DNA of 64,000 bases from the NCBI GenBank assembly GCA_965644495.1, contig CBFFSA010000009.1, forward strand, positions 682,001 through 746,000, in the 5' to 3' direction. A program made the translations under genes and the position numbers. The DNA comes from Perkinsela sp. CCAP 1560/9 (lineage: Eukaryota; Protista; Euglenozoa: Kinetoplastea). The notes beneath the pieces were generated by a model that saw only the letters and a program-made list of their open reading frames with translations, was not told the origin of the DNA and made no database searches. The number at the start of each line of letters is the position of its first letter. Within the stretch, counting starts at the first letter, position 1. Below are positions 1-11,150 of this stretch, piece after piece.

Positions 1-458
1 CGGTTGGCACTTCACTTCGAGTGATCATTGAGGATTGGCTTCTCGTAGTCGTAAATTTAATGATTATTGTAAGCAAATATTGCTGATCATCACACAGTAC
101 CACTGCTGTCTGTGTTGCTTTCCAGGGTACTGGAAGTAATGAAAAAAAATGGATAGAAAGAAAAAAAAATGGATTTGCCAGTGTGACGCACCTTATACGA
201 CTTGCGCAGTCGGGTCAGTTTTGCACTGCGTTCATTATTCCACGGATTTCGAATGCAATGCCTTTACGGCTACGCATCTGTGTGAAGTATCTAATAAAAG
301 ATGCTCAACAGATTCCACGCCCCTTAGAGTTTTGTCTCACGTTTGAAAACCTAGAATGATGACAAGAAGGGGAGGAGGGAGCTGATCTGCGGTGCCAATG
401 GGTATTCCTGTCACTGGGCTTGGTCCCGGTATCAAGGTGCTTATGAAGCCTGTGATAA

Positions 459-578
459 TGAGGGTGTTGCCAATCCCTGGTCAGTAATCGGCCCAGGGAC
501 ATAGCAACTCCCCATTATCTCGGGCGTAGTAAACACGCCTTGGCTTGCCTGGCACTGAGATCAGCCATTGGAAAAAAA
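459..578. repeat. Left arm of ~120 bp perfect inverted repeat
   Basis: Exact reverse complement of 11031-11150 (TGAGGGTGTTGCCAATCCCTGG...GATCAGCCATTGGAAAAAAA). Confidence 0.95.
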
Positions 579-875
579 CAAAGACGAAAGAATAGAAAGC
601 AGAAAAAAAAAATACAGAAGGCGTATGTATAGATGAATACATTAGTTTCGCCGATTGCTTGAAGTAGTAAGGAAAAAGAGCGAGAGAGAAAACAGAGAGA
701 AACAGGAATATGCTGACATAAAGCAGTCAGCAAGTATCCATATTCTGGCGAGCGTGAGGGTGGAAATACAGAAAGGGTGAATATAGAATGAGAGAGCAAA
801 GATGACCAGGATAAGTCACAACCGTATCTAATCTATTAAAACATGCATAGGAACTTGCTCTAAATTTTATTTCTT

Positions 876-1814
876 ATGCCGAAGAAACGACCCTCCGTAG
901 CTACCTCACTCCAAGCTTCACAAAGCCGCTCAGTTCCTATAGTCGGCCACACTCACCACTTTGACGCAAACGTCGATAGCGTAGTCGACCAGGCATGCTC
1001 GACGAAAACGAGCATAAAAATTTCTCTACGTTTTGAGCGCGCAGTCGATGTGAATCTCCTTGTCAAATTTATGGCGGAAATCAGCGAAGACGAATGCGCA
1101 AGTGCAATCATGGATTTCGTTGAAAAGGTATTAGGGGGAGAAACCCTCAGTGAAAAAGCAAGTTTTACAGCCAAACTTTTGGGTGTCCGCCGAACACAGG
1201 ACGTCTCCGAATTCGAGAATTTGATTGGAAACGAAGAACATCGAGGAATTTTGGTTTCCCTCATGCTGGACCCCCCGAAGGAGCCAAAGAAAATGAAAGC
1301 ACGGGAAGGAGAAAAGGAGGACGGGCAACTTACTGTATGGACAGGCACGGAGAATCGTCCTCACCTTGGAGGGCAACTGTGGGAAGCAGTGCACAACCCG
1401 AAGTTTCAAAAATGGGCCGAAAGCTTTCTTCTAACCCGCTACGCTATTTTCTTCAAGGAGATGCTTACGCAAGCAGGAAAAGGTGTATCCCCCAAGGCGG
1501 CACAAGAAAACAAGGCGGTATCAATAGCAGCTAACCATTTCCTTCTAGAACTCGCTGCTCATTTTCTTGTGTTCCGCGCCGATTTTGACGACGTAAAGAA
1601 AGAGGAATCTCTTCTTCTTTGCCGCAAGAACGTCGGATTGCTCCCAGAGACCGACTCCGTAACTATACCGGAGACTCTTTTGAAGGCGAAATCCTTCCAA
1701 AATAGTACTTCAGGCTATGGACGGGGAGGCATGGTCCAAAACAACAGAAGAACATTTGGGCCGGATGTGCGTTATTTCAACCGCCCGCGACCAGTAAATT
1801 TGTATGCCCCTTGA
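876..1814 (+). CDS. Putative gag-like ORF1 of the YR retroelement (312 aa)
   Basis: Intact ATG-started ORF between the inverted repeat and YR. No recognisable motif; assigned by position. Confidence 0.5.
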   Translation: MPKKRPSVATSLQASQSRSVPIVGHTHHFDANVDSVVDQACSTKTSIKISLRFERAVDVNLLVKFMAEISEDECASAIMDFVEKVLGGETLSEKASFTAKLLGVRRTQDVSEFENLIGNEEHRGILVSLMLDPPKEPKKMKAREGEKEDGQLTVWTGTENRPHLGGQLWEAVHNPKFQKWAESFLLTRYAIFFKEMLTQAGKGVSPKAAQENKAVSIAANHFLLELAAHFLVFRADFDDVKKEESLLLCRKNVGLLPETDSVTIPETLLKAKSFQNSTSGYGRGGMVQNNRRTFGPDVRYFNRPRPVNLYAP

Positions 1815-2514
1815 TCTTATCGTTCTAATCGAGAAGGGTTCGTCAAAGGCCTAGAACGGCCAGAAAAGTTTTCTCGGGAAATGAACGATCGAAAGAATAA
1901 ACATGAAAAGGGGCCGTGATTGCCGATCTTGGGGGCAATAGATGTATGTTTTAGTTTTTCTTAATCAGATTCATGTTTGGGCTGAACATAGAGCACGAAT
2001 ATTATTATTTGCTTGTGCAGATCATTAGGATTGTGTGTATTTGTCATACAACGAGTGACACTCACACACAACAGACGCCTTTATACAGCATAGACATTGT
2101 GGAAAGAAAATGGGCTTTGCACATTACTTAGACGTTAAGTAATACATGTATAGTGAGGGAAAGTGTGATAATTATTCCCATCAGATTAACATACAGTGTA
2201 TCTAGTACGTAGGTGCCTAATCATTAAGCACAATTTGTTGGAATACCAAAAAGGGGCAAATGGGTGGCATCCAGATTAAAAGTAAGTCATAATATGGTGC
2301 AGTTTCTCCTTGAAAATCGGGGAAACCATAAGACAAAATGAACTGAATGAATAAGTGTGTCTACAACAAAACAGTCTGTTATTTCATCCGCTATTTTACA
2401 CATGGAAAGTTAAATATATTAAACTGGCCATTCCGTTGAAGATATGAGATTGCATACGGTATATGTAAATAAACCATGTAATCACACACATTTAGTATTT
2501 TTGCATACTTTTAG

Positions 2515-3391
2515 ATGCAGAAAGATTCTTGCGAAGGGTATCTGGCAGCTCTGGCATTAAAGTCGATTGCACCCGGAACGCGAAGGATGTACGAGGCCCG
2601 ATTTGCTGCTTTACGAAAGTTTTGCAAGAACCGAGGATTCGAAAAAATAACGAAAGAAGCGTTCGGATGTTTTTTGTGGCATCACGCATCGGTTGGATGC
2701 GCCAAATCGACTTTTCAAGGTTACCGCAGTGCCCTGCTCTTCTATCAGGAATGTCAAAACTTTGACCTCGAAGCAGGTGAACGCCCCTGGGCAGGCGACC
2801 GCCTCATACTTCGGGCAGTGGACGGGGCTGCCATTGAGGCAGAGCAGCATAGACAAGAAAAATGTCCCAGAGGCTATGTATCAGAAAATATGTTACACGA
2901 ACTTGTACGGTGGGTCACACCCCGTGCTAACGGGCCGCAGCTCGCAAGAGCTTTTCGCGTGCAATACTACGCTGCTCTTCGACCCTGTGAAGAAGATACG
3001 TGGCGGGGATTTGCGTGTAGAAGGCTCTTGTTCTCATCTTCTCATCCGCCACGATAAAACAAAGAGTTACTCAACTGATAAGCAAAAGTGCAAACCTCTT
3101 ACTCATGTTGCAACCGAAGAAGTGCGAAATGCCCTGCGTGACGTAACACATGGAGACCTTGCGTTTCCGGCGTACAAGAAAGGGTCCACGAGTAAACTTG
3201 TAAAAAGAGCATCCACCGAATTGGGATGGCCATCTGGAGTGACTTTTGATGGAACTCACACTCTGAGACATGGTGGTACTGGGGCCATAGTAGAAAACGT
3301 CGCTGACATGATGTCCAGTGCACTGTCGGGCATGTCGAGACAGGTGAGACAGAAGCACTACTTAGCACCGCGTTCTCAAGTGCATGATTAG
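2515..3391 (+). pseudogene. Tyrosine recombinase, frameshifted near 2990
   Basis: SAM-like N-terminus (IAPGTRRMYEARF), YYAALRPCE (catalytic R), then HTLRHGG and KHY in the second frame (2693-3391). Confidence 0.85.
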
Positions 3392-3533
3392 AGAACGGAA
3401 AGAAACAAAAAGCCACTCGCGTGATTTTCTCCTATCATATTATCATACAGTTAATCTGCAGAGATTTGGTAAAGTGAATATCGGAAAATAATTCCGTTAT
3501 CCGCGCACACAACGCGTTTAATTCACTTTTAGT

Positions 3534-6500
3534 TCAAGCAACGTTTGAATTTGGGTCATAGATCCAGTTTACGTCATCGCGGTGCTGAAAAATTTGAAAA
3601 CTTCCTCGCAGTGCGCTCTGGGTCATACTTTGTCGGCATGCTTCGATGAGGCTATCGTTTCCAAGAAAAAGAGAGTTCAGAGCTCGAGCTGAGCTGTGGA
3701 GCTTCCCTCTTGCGCCTACTTCGAACACCAGAAGAAAGGTGGCTGGGTGCTCAAGCCTCCTGGAATGATAAATATTTGTATACTTGTTCATTTTCCGTTC
3801 ATGTGCGTAAGCAAAGTTCTCCTCCCAGGGGCAAGTGAGCTCTATGATATATTCTTCCCCGTTCGCCAGTTTCACCCAGCCGTCCGGTCGGAGCTCAGTG
3901 TCCAAGTTTGTGAGCCACGACGGAGTGGAGCGGAACTGAGGAAGATCAAAGTGCGCGAGTCTTGTTGCAGGAGAATTGGCCACAGTATGCTAGGGTTTGG
4001 AGGACTAGATCATGCCGCAGGGTGTATCAGCCCTGTTCGAGTGATTTTGCACACCCGGAGAGGATATGGCGTGTGGTCTGCGTTTCGGTTCTGCATATCG
4101 GGCACTTGTCGCTGGTGTGGGTTGAAACGCCCCATTTGCGGAGTGATGCCCTCGTAGGAAGGGGGGTCTGAGTAATAACTGATGCCGTAAATCTTGAGAG
4201 GCTCTCGCTTTTCAGATTACATAGTGCAGCGGCAAAATCCCTCGCTAGATCCGCCTCAGTGGCCATCCTGAACCATTGCCCAGCTACGGTCGTACGTCGT
4301 TGAACAGCTTGGGAAAGGTGACGCTCATATTCAGTTGCAAGTACTCTTCGGACATTACCGCCGTGGAGGCTTTGAATGTCAATTGAGGGTCGAATGTGCC
4401 CGGATTGTCTCTTCGCTTGTTCTCGACGAATACGTTCGCGCAATGAATACTTGACAGCAGGATCCTTTGATTTCTCCATTTGCTGAGTAGTTTGTGCTGT
4501 GCATAAGAGCCACAGTTTAGACAAGCTCAGGAGGTTCCACCCGTGTTCGGAGTAGAGAAGTTCACTCGTGGCTGTTTTGGCGAGGTTGAGCCATTTACGG
4601 ATCGCTTGTGTAGCGTACCTCTGAAGACGAAGCACGTGGTTGAACGAGAGGCAGGTATTCACAACAAGGGAATAACGAAGACGCGAGATGACACCCTGGT
4701 TGTATATCCAGAGTCGTGCGGGCAGGTCATGGGCACTATTCGTAATATTTTGTAGCCACATGCGCAGACGAGCTCGCAGTTTCTGGAAGAGAATCTTGCT
4801 TTGTTGTGCACCTGGAGCAAGCGTCATCCCTAAGAAGGTGCTTCCTTTGTCGCATATCTGGGGAATCGGAGCTCCATTGATTGTGAGCTGAGGACGCCGA
4901 GTCATATAACCCGAGTCTTGCGTCATTGACATGTGCTGAATTCGGCACTTTTTAACGTTGAGGTTCATCCCAATGTCGGAAAGGCCTTTTACAAGGACAT
5001 TGGTGGTATTTTGCATTTCCCTGGGGGTATTCGTAATGATGGTAAGGTCGTCGGCGAAGGCTTTGAGAAAGGTCTCTTTGTCATCCCATGTGATCCCATA
5101 TTGTGGGCAGCTTGATCGAACGAAACGCAGAACCAACTCCATTGCAAGATTGAATAGTATGGGGGAGACAGTATCGCCCTGCAATACACCTCGATCTATC
5201 GGGATGGGTTTTGTAAGACCTTCAGCGCACTTGATTTGAATGGATGCTTTCTCGTAGAGTTGTTCTATGTATTGAACGATAATTGGAGATACGCGCGCCC
5301 ATTTTAGAGCCTGTAACAGCACAGTATGGGGTACGGACCCGAAAGCATTTTTGATGTCGAACTGTGCTAGACAGTATTGTCGTTTGTGGCATCTTTGGTA
5401 TTCGAGGAGTTCACATACAACTTGAGTGCGCTCTACAGTACCATTCATGTGGGGGAGAAAACCTTTTTGTATCGACGTGTCTATGGCGTGAGAATCGAGG
5501 GCGTGGTGGAGGATGCGATGACTTATGATTGAGTGAAAAAGTTTCCCGAGACAGCTGGTAAGGCTAATTGGGCGCCAGTTTTCCATGAGTTTGGTGTCGC
5601 CTCCTTTGTGGATCAGTCGGGTGACGGCCGTTTTCCATGTCGGCGGGCATACGCCGAATTTGAGTATGTCGTTGAATACCTGCGCGACGACCGAGTAGAT
5701 GGAAGGGCAACGCTTTAACAAGATGTTGGTTATGGTATCTGACCCCGGGGCGGCCCCCGAACGTTTTGATGATATGGCTGCGGCAATGGTGGGTCCATCT
5801 ATCTCGACCCATTCCATGTGTCCACGTGGTCTAGGTTCGGTAAACTCATCTGGTGGGATGCTGAATGTCCCGTCCGGTTTGGTCAAGGATGTCTCGAAGA
5901 AGCGTTTGACCTCCTGGATGGGCACTGTGGGATATAATGAGTCTTTCCCGTCGCGATCTGCATCGTGGTGGTCTAAGCACTCCCCTGCAGCTGTCCACGG
6001 GTTGCGTTGAAATCGAGTTTGAGCCCACCGTCGTTCGATTTCCATTTTTTGTAGGCGTGCTTCTTCCTCGTATAGTTTTAGCGCTTTGTGTGCTTCTTTT
6101 ATCCTCCCTCTTTGGGCATTTCGCTCTGGGCCGTGCATAAAGGTCAGTGACCGTTTTAGTTGACGAACGTGTAGATTTAATGACTTGAGAGTACGGTCGA
6201 TGGCAAGGGGGCGTGAGCTACGTTTGGACCTGCCTGTTCGGGTTCGAAATAGAAACCCGCGTGTGGGGTTAATCTCTTTCGCAGTTTCGTAGACGGATAC
6301 AGCCAAGATGGCAAAAATGACTTCAGCTTGGAACAGCGCGTCTTCTTTACTTCGCGCAGGGTGCATGAATGCATTGCAACGTCCTTCAATTCTTGAGATG
6401 GTGAGATCCCATTGGCTAGTGTCAAAGTGCACCAGGGCACGTCCACCTTGAATGGTGCGGAATGTTTCAAGCATGCTCTCGAGCTCCGAGCGTGGACAGG

Positions 6501-8353
6501 GTGGTGTGGCATGCGATGCGTTTGTTCGTGGGGTTCGTTGGAGTATAGTGTGGGCACCGTTGTGGTATGAGCGGTCTGAGATCGGATCTGGGCGTCGTTC
6601 AGTAGACATTGCGGCGTTTGCAGGATGCGGGGGAGAATCTGCGACGGGGGTTGTTGGAAAGCGGTCGGCGAGGGGCTCAGGTTGTGAGGATGGTTGAACT
6701 TCCTGGGGGGCAGGCAGTGCGGTCGGTTGGGTCGGTCTATCGAGTATAAGGAGGTTTCGTACAGTCCAGGATATTGCAGAGCAGGCGATTTCTCCAGCTC
6801 TCACGAGCGTGCCTTTTTGGCAGCAGGCGTGTTGGCATTGCGATTTATCTTTGCACTTATGCTTGCAGGGACGACGTGGTCTTGTGTCTCGTGATACGTC
6901 ATTTTCGTTACTGGGGGACGGTTCGTTGGGGGCGGTGCCGGGAGGCTGGGTGTTGGGAAGTGGAATTTCTCCCATGGTCCCTTCCGTGGTCTCCGTTCGC
7001 GTGGTTGGCGTCTCTGCTGTGGGAATTTCGGTTACATCCGTGGAAGCCGATGTCCACGGAATTAGATTTCGCAATGACCATGAGTGGTTTCTATTCGCCG
7101 TTGGACTGATGCGGACTCCCTCCTTGCAACATTTGTGCTTACATAGAGTCTTATTGCCACACTGATGCTTGCATGGACGGTAGTTGTCCCGGTTGGCCGT
7201 CTCTGTTGCGTTAGGATCGCTGTTGCTCCCTTGTGGCGGTGGTTGTGTGTGGGGCATAAGTCGTGTTGGTCTTGCGAGACTCCTTTCCGAGCTGTTAGTT
7301 TCTATTACATGTGCGTGTATGCGATTTTCCGTGTTCGTGCATGTGATAGTCGTCATATCGGGGTGGGCATCGATCGAGTGGGCAGGGGTAAAGTTCGTAT
7401 GTGTAACCGGTTGATCCATTGGAGGCTGTGCGGAATGCAAGTTCCATCAGTTCGTCTTTGGATACGAGCACACCAATTTTGCAACAACTGTGTAGACATT
7501 TTGTTTTGTCGCGACGGGTGTGCTTGCAAGGTCTTCGCGTCTCCGTATTCGTATGGTGACGGATGGAGTTCGTTGTTGTGACAAGTGGTGCCTCCCTTTC
7601 CGTACTATTCGGTCCCACGGCGGTAGCTTCTGCGGGCGGATTAACCACGGCGGTGACTTTACAGCACGCATGCAGGCATGAGTTTTTGTCGCGACATTTG
7701 TGGCTGCATGGTTGACGTGGCTTTGTAGGTTGTGATGAGGTTTCCGGTCCTGTTGGCTGTTCCCGAATCCTGTATGCAGCATCGTAGGTGATTTGATGTT
7801 GTAGCCAAGTCCCGCTTGTGGACTCAGTGCTTCGCGCTATATGTTTTATTTCATACTGGGACAGTCCAGGGACATTGTCGCCGTTTAGTTTTTTCATCAC
7901 TGCCTTGCTTAAGTTTTGGGGAGACGAATAATGCGAGTCGAGACACATCTCCGAGTCGTGAAAAGCGGACGTCCAGCTGGCGTGGCGGAAAGTGCGGTGA
8001 GGTGGTTTCTTCTCTTTATATTCCAGGTATTCGCATGCACCATGGTCCATAACATTCTGTACTGTGCATTTACCGACGACTAGCCCGTCACTTCTTTTGT
8101 TCTCTGTTTTTAGAGTCTTGTTTAGGGAAGCTTCGGCAGTGTGTACACTCGAGAAGAACTTCTTATCGGTAAAAAAGACAGCCGCGGCGTGTGCATCCGG
8201 AAAATATGACCACTGAACGCTTGAAGCGAGTCGAAGTTTCACTGGTACCGCGCGACTCTGGATGAAGTGGAAATTCTGTTGCTTCGCGCTGACAGGTCCT
8301 CGAGGAAGGCCGTCGTGCGCGTCGGGAGCAGATGTGATAACATTGGAGGACAT
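3534..8353 (-). pseudogene. Polyprotein with 4 CxHxC-x5-CxHxCC fingers, RT, CCHC knuckle and PD-(D/E)xK endonuclease; two frameshifts
   Basis: ORFs 7295-8398, 4027-7440 and 3534-3983. RT motifs WRPISL, QKGFLP, FDIKNAFGSVPH, GVLQGDTVSP, FADD. CPIC..RHILSGC. RPDG..IIELTCPWEEN..HERKMNKY..FEVGARG, a HERO-like RLE signature. Confidence 0.88.
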
Positions 8354-8392
8354 GCTCCGAGAGATAAGTTTAGTACAAAATTGAAAATAATT

Positions 8393-8417
8393 CAACAAGG
8401 TACAGAAACTGTATCTT
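8393..8417 (-). ncRNA. Spliced-leader exon fragment at the element 5' end
   Basis: AAGATACAGTTTCTGTACCTTGTTG followed by AATTATTT. The core CAGTTTCTGTAC...TTG is the conserved kinetoplastid/diplonemid SL 3' half. Confidence 0.8.
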
Positions 8418-8713
8418 CTTCTGCGTAATTAGTTCATAATATAGTTAGTTCCATGTAAACTAGTTCCTTGGAGACTTGTTTCACTAAATTAAAGATACTA
8501 AAAGTTTGGTTTTCAAGTCGAAACGTTAAGTGAAAGAAGTTGGAAGCTATAAAAAAGAGAGTCGTTACAAATCGAGTGTTACAACTATGAGACCTTCCTC
8601 CAATAATGTCCTAAATCTCTACGTGAAATCATACGTGTCTTGTACAAGTTTGTCTTGTACAACGATTATTTCTTATGTGGCGCACAGCTATGCATTCCGC
8701 CATTTGATTACTA

Positions 8714-10471
8714 ATGAATAAACGTAGGTTTATTCGTCTTTTGACATTGGGATATAATATAGTATTAATGAACGAACCCGCGAACAACCTAGAATATGGA
8801 ACGGCATATGGTGCAGTCCTCCAAAAGTCCTGTACACTAAAGCAACGGGCCCTTGATCCCATTTCGGTTGCAGGTCGTCTTCATATCGATACTCTATGCG
8901 CTATTGCATCTCGAAGCACGTACACGTGGGGAAAAAAGTGCCTTACCATACTCACTAATGAACACTCATTTCGTCTTTTCACGGAATTCGAAGGCTTTCG
9001 TGGGAAACTTGGGGTACATTCTGAAGCAAAATGGTGTGATCACTTAGCTGAGCTTTGTTCGTATGAAGTACTGCGCAGAGTTCAGGATTTTCGTAATGAT
9101 TTTCGCCTTTATTTACGATACTTTGAAGTGCCAAAAGATGAAATTTCATCTCGGAGCATCGTAGATTGCACCCCTATAAACGATAGATGCGCTACTCCCC
9201 CTAGGCTAAACTTTCCAGCTCTCGCAGAAGTCACACACATCTTATCATGCTTTCCAGGTGGAAAATTCTTGATTGCGGACATTCGTCATTTCTTTCATCA
9301 AATACGAATCCCATCAGGCTTGGGTCGCATATTCTCAATAAAATGCGAGGACAAGACTTTCGAGTTGCGAGTTCTCCCAATGGGGTTCTCTTGGGCTCCT
9401 TATCTTGCCCAATGTCTGGCATGGATAATTGTTTTAGCGGCTTGTACTACAGGTTATGAGATGTTACCTGTCCGAGACACATCTGAATCACCTCCGGCAT
9501 TCGCGTGGGCGATAAATAAGAAGACAAAAGCAAAACAAGGTGCAGTATTTGTTTGGATTGACAATGTGTTGGTCATATCTAGCAACGAAGGTTTTTTAAG
9601 TCAGTTAAGATCGCAACTCATGAAAAGCATGAAGAGACCGCCAACGGGTTGCAACGTCGAATGGAAATATATCGACGGCCCATGTGATCAAGCCCTATTT
9701 TTAGGAATAGAGTTCTCTTGGGAAATAGGCAATTTATTTTGGAAACACGCTGAATCTAACATTGCTCGTTGGAGAGTACTAGAAACGGTGTCACCTACGA
9801 CCGTGCGAGACATAAAGAGGGTGATAGGTGTGATCATGTGGGATACAATGGTCACCCAATCCTCCTTTGCTTCAGTTTATGATGTTCGAATGATCGCGAA
9901 AGAGATATCGCACCTATCCGAAGAAAGCTTTTACAAATTGAAGAGCGAAGACTTAAAGCTCTTGAGCATGCATGTAGTGCGTATATTGAGTGACAAGAGA
10001 AGTTGCGCATTACCGCCAATTCCAATTTCCCATCTCGTTCTTGCTTTTTCGGACGCATCTTCGACCCACACTGGTTTATGCGTACTCCGTCAATCGGGAG
10101 AAATTTTGCTGCAAGAAAGTATTCCAATACTTGTATCGGGAGATATATACGATGCGGAGTTCTCTGCGGCAAAAGCCGCCTTAATCAAAGGGTGGGAACT
10201 TGCTCCCCATGTGATTCTAGGATGCGATAATATGGACGTTCTGCGGGCACTCCAAAAGCGCACATCAGTTCGACATTCAATTTGTCAGCATCTCCTAGAC
10301 ATCGAAGAAAGGAGAAAGAGTGGGCTATCGTTTCGCATCTTTTATCTCAAATCTAAGGAGAATCCAGCAGACGGCCTAACGCGGGAAGAGTTCGGATTCC
10401 GAGTCAAAGACGGTCTTTTGCCCGGAGGAGTCGAAATCGCTCTCTCACATATGGACCCAATCATAATCTGA
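8714..10471 (+). CDS. DIRS/VIPER-type reverse transcriptase-RNase H (585 aa)
   Basis: FEVPK..SRSIVDC, ADIRHFFHQI, LPMGFSWAP, WIDN. RNase H motifs AFSDAS, AEF, GCDN, ENPADGLTR. Confidence 0.88.
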   Translation: MNKRRFIRLLTLGYNIVLMNEPANNLEYGTAYGAVLQKSCTLKQRALDPISVAGRLHIDTLCAIASRSTYTWGKKCLTILTNEHSFRLFTEFEGFRGKLGVHSEAKWCDHLAELCSYEVLRRVQDFRNDFRLYLRYFEVPKDEISSRSIVDCTPINDRCATPPRLNFPALAEVTHILSCFPGGKFLIADIRHFFHQIRIPSGLGRIFSIKCEDKTFELRVLPMGFSWAPYLAQCLAWIIVLAACTTGYEMLPVRDTSESPPAFAWAINKKTKAKQGAVFVWIDNVLVISSNEGFLSQLRSQLMKSMKRPPTGCNVEWKYIDGPCDQALFLGIEFSWEIGNLFWKHAESNIARWRVLETVSPTTVRDIKRVIGVIMWDTMVTQSSFASVYDVRMIAKEISHLSEESFYKLKSEDLKLLSMHVVRILSDKRSCALPPIPISHLVLAFSDASSTHTGLCVLRQSGEILLQESIPILVSGDIYDAEFSAAKAALIKGWELAPHVILGCDNMDVLRALQKRTSVRHSICQHLLDIEERRKSGLSFRIFYLKSKENPADGLTREEFGFRVKDGLLPGGVEIALSHMDPIII

Positions 10472-11030
10472 GATTGACAAGTAAACGAAGCTGCGAAGGC
10501 GAATGGACTACCCTAAAAAAAAATGAACCAGTATATTCATCTCTATTGCTCCAGTTACGGAAAATCCGTAGCCAACTCGTCTAAGGTCCACGCATAGAGT
10601 GAGAGTAGAAACCCCGTCAGCATTCGAGTCGAATGATTAGACATAATAAGAAAATGCAGAATCTAAAATTTACAGGTAATTTGCTTTTACTGGATTTTTG
10701 TTTATGACCATGTAAATATTTTGAAATACAAAATCTTTTAAGACCGCATAATAAGCTATGCGCGTGTTATTTTTCCTTTTTTATGTTTTCAGTACATGCA
10801 ATTTATAATTTAGTTTTAGTATGAACTAATTTAATCCTACTATCATTTCATGTCGAATTAGGCTCACAAGTTGCTGCACTTGTTCTAGAGCTCCCTGGTC
10901 CCATAGCCCAGCCTTCTTGACGCACGAATGAAATCGTGTTGCCGGGGAGATCACTTGGTTGTGGGAACGGGCCCCTTAAGTGGGAAGCCCCTGGGCTGAG
11001 AAAGGAGGCCTCTAACGAAAAAAAAAGGGT

Positions 11031-11150
11031 TTTTTTTCCAATGGCTGATCTCAGTGCCAGGCAAGCCAAGGCGTGTTTACTACGCCCGAGATAATGGGGA
11101 GTTGCTATGTCCCTGGGCCGATTACTGACCAGGGATTGGCAACACCCTCA
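11031..11150. repeat. Right arm of inverted repeat, cut off by the SL-headed CRE array
   Basis: Reverse complement of 459-578. It runs directly into CAGTTTCTGTAC through a CA overlap. Confidence 0.95.

Larger units (their letters stand above)
3440..8417 (-). mobile_element. HERO/NeSL-like RLE non-LTR retrotransposon, SL-headed, near full length
   Basis: SL fragment at 8417-8393, ATG at 8353, RT-RLE ORF pieces, 3' stem-loop ending TGATAA at ~3440. Confidence 0.85.
459..11150 (+). mobile_element. VIPER/DIRS-like tyrosine-recombinase retrotransposon (gag-like ORF, YR, RT/RNase H) with inverted repeats; interrupted by a HERO-like LINE
   Basis: YR ORF 2515-3391 and RT/RH ORF 8714-10471 are on the same strand. 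A perfect ~120 bp inverted repeat (459-578 / 11031-11150) brackets them. The true left end may lie further upstream. Confidence 0.75.
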
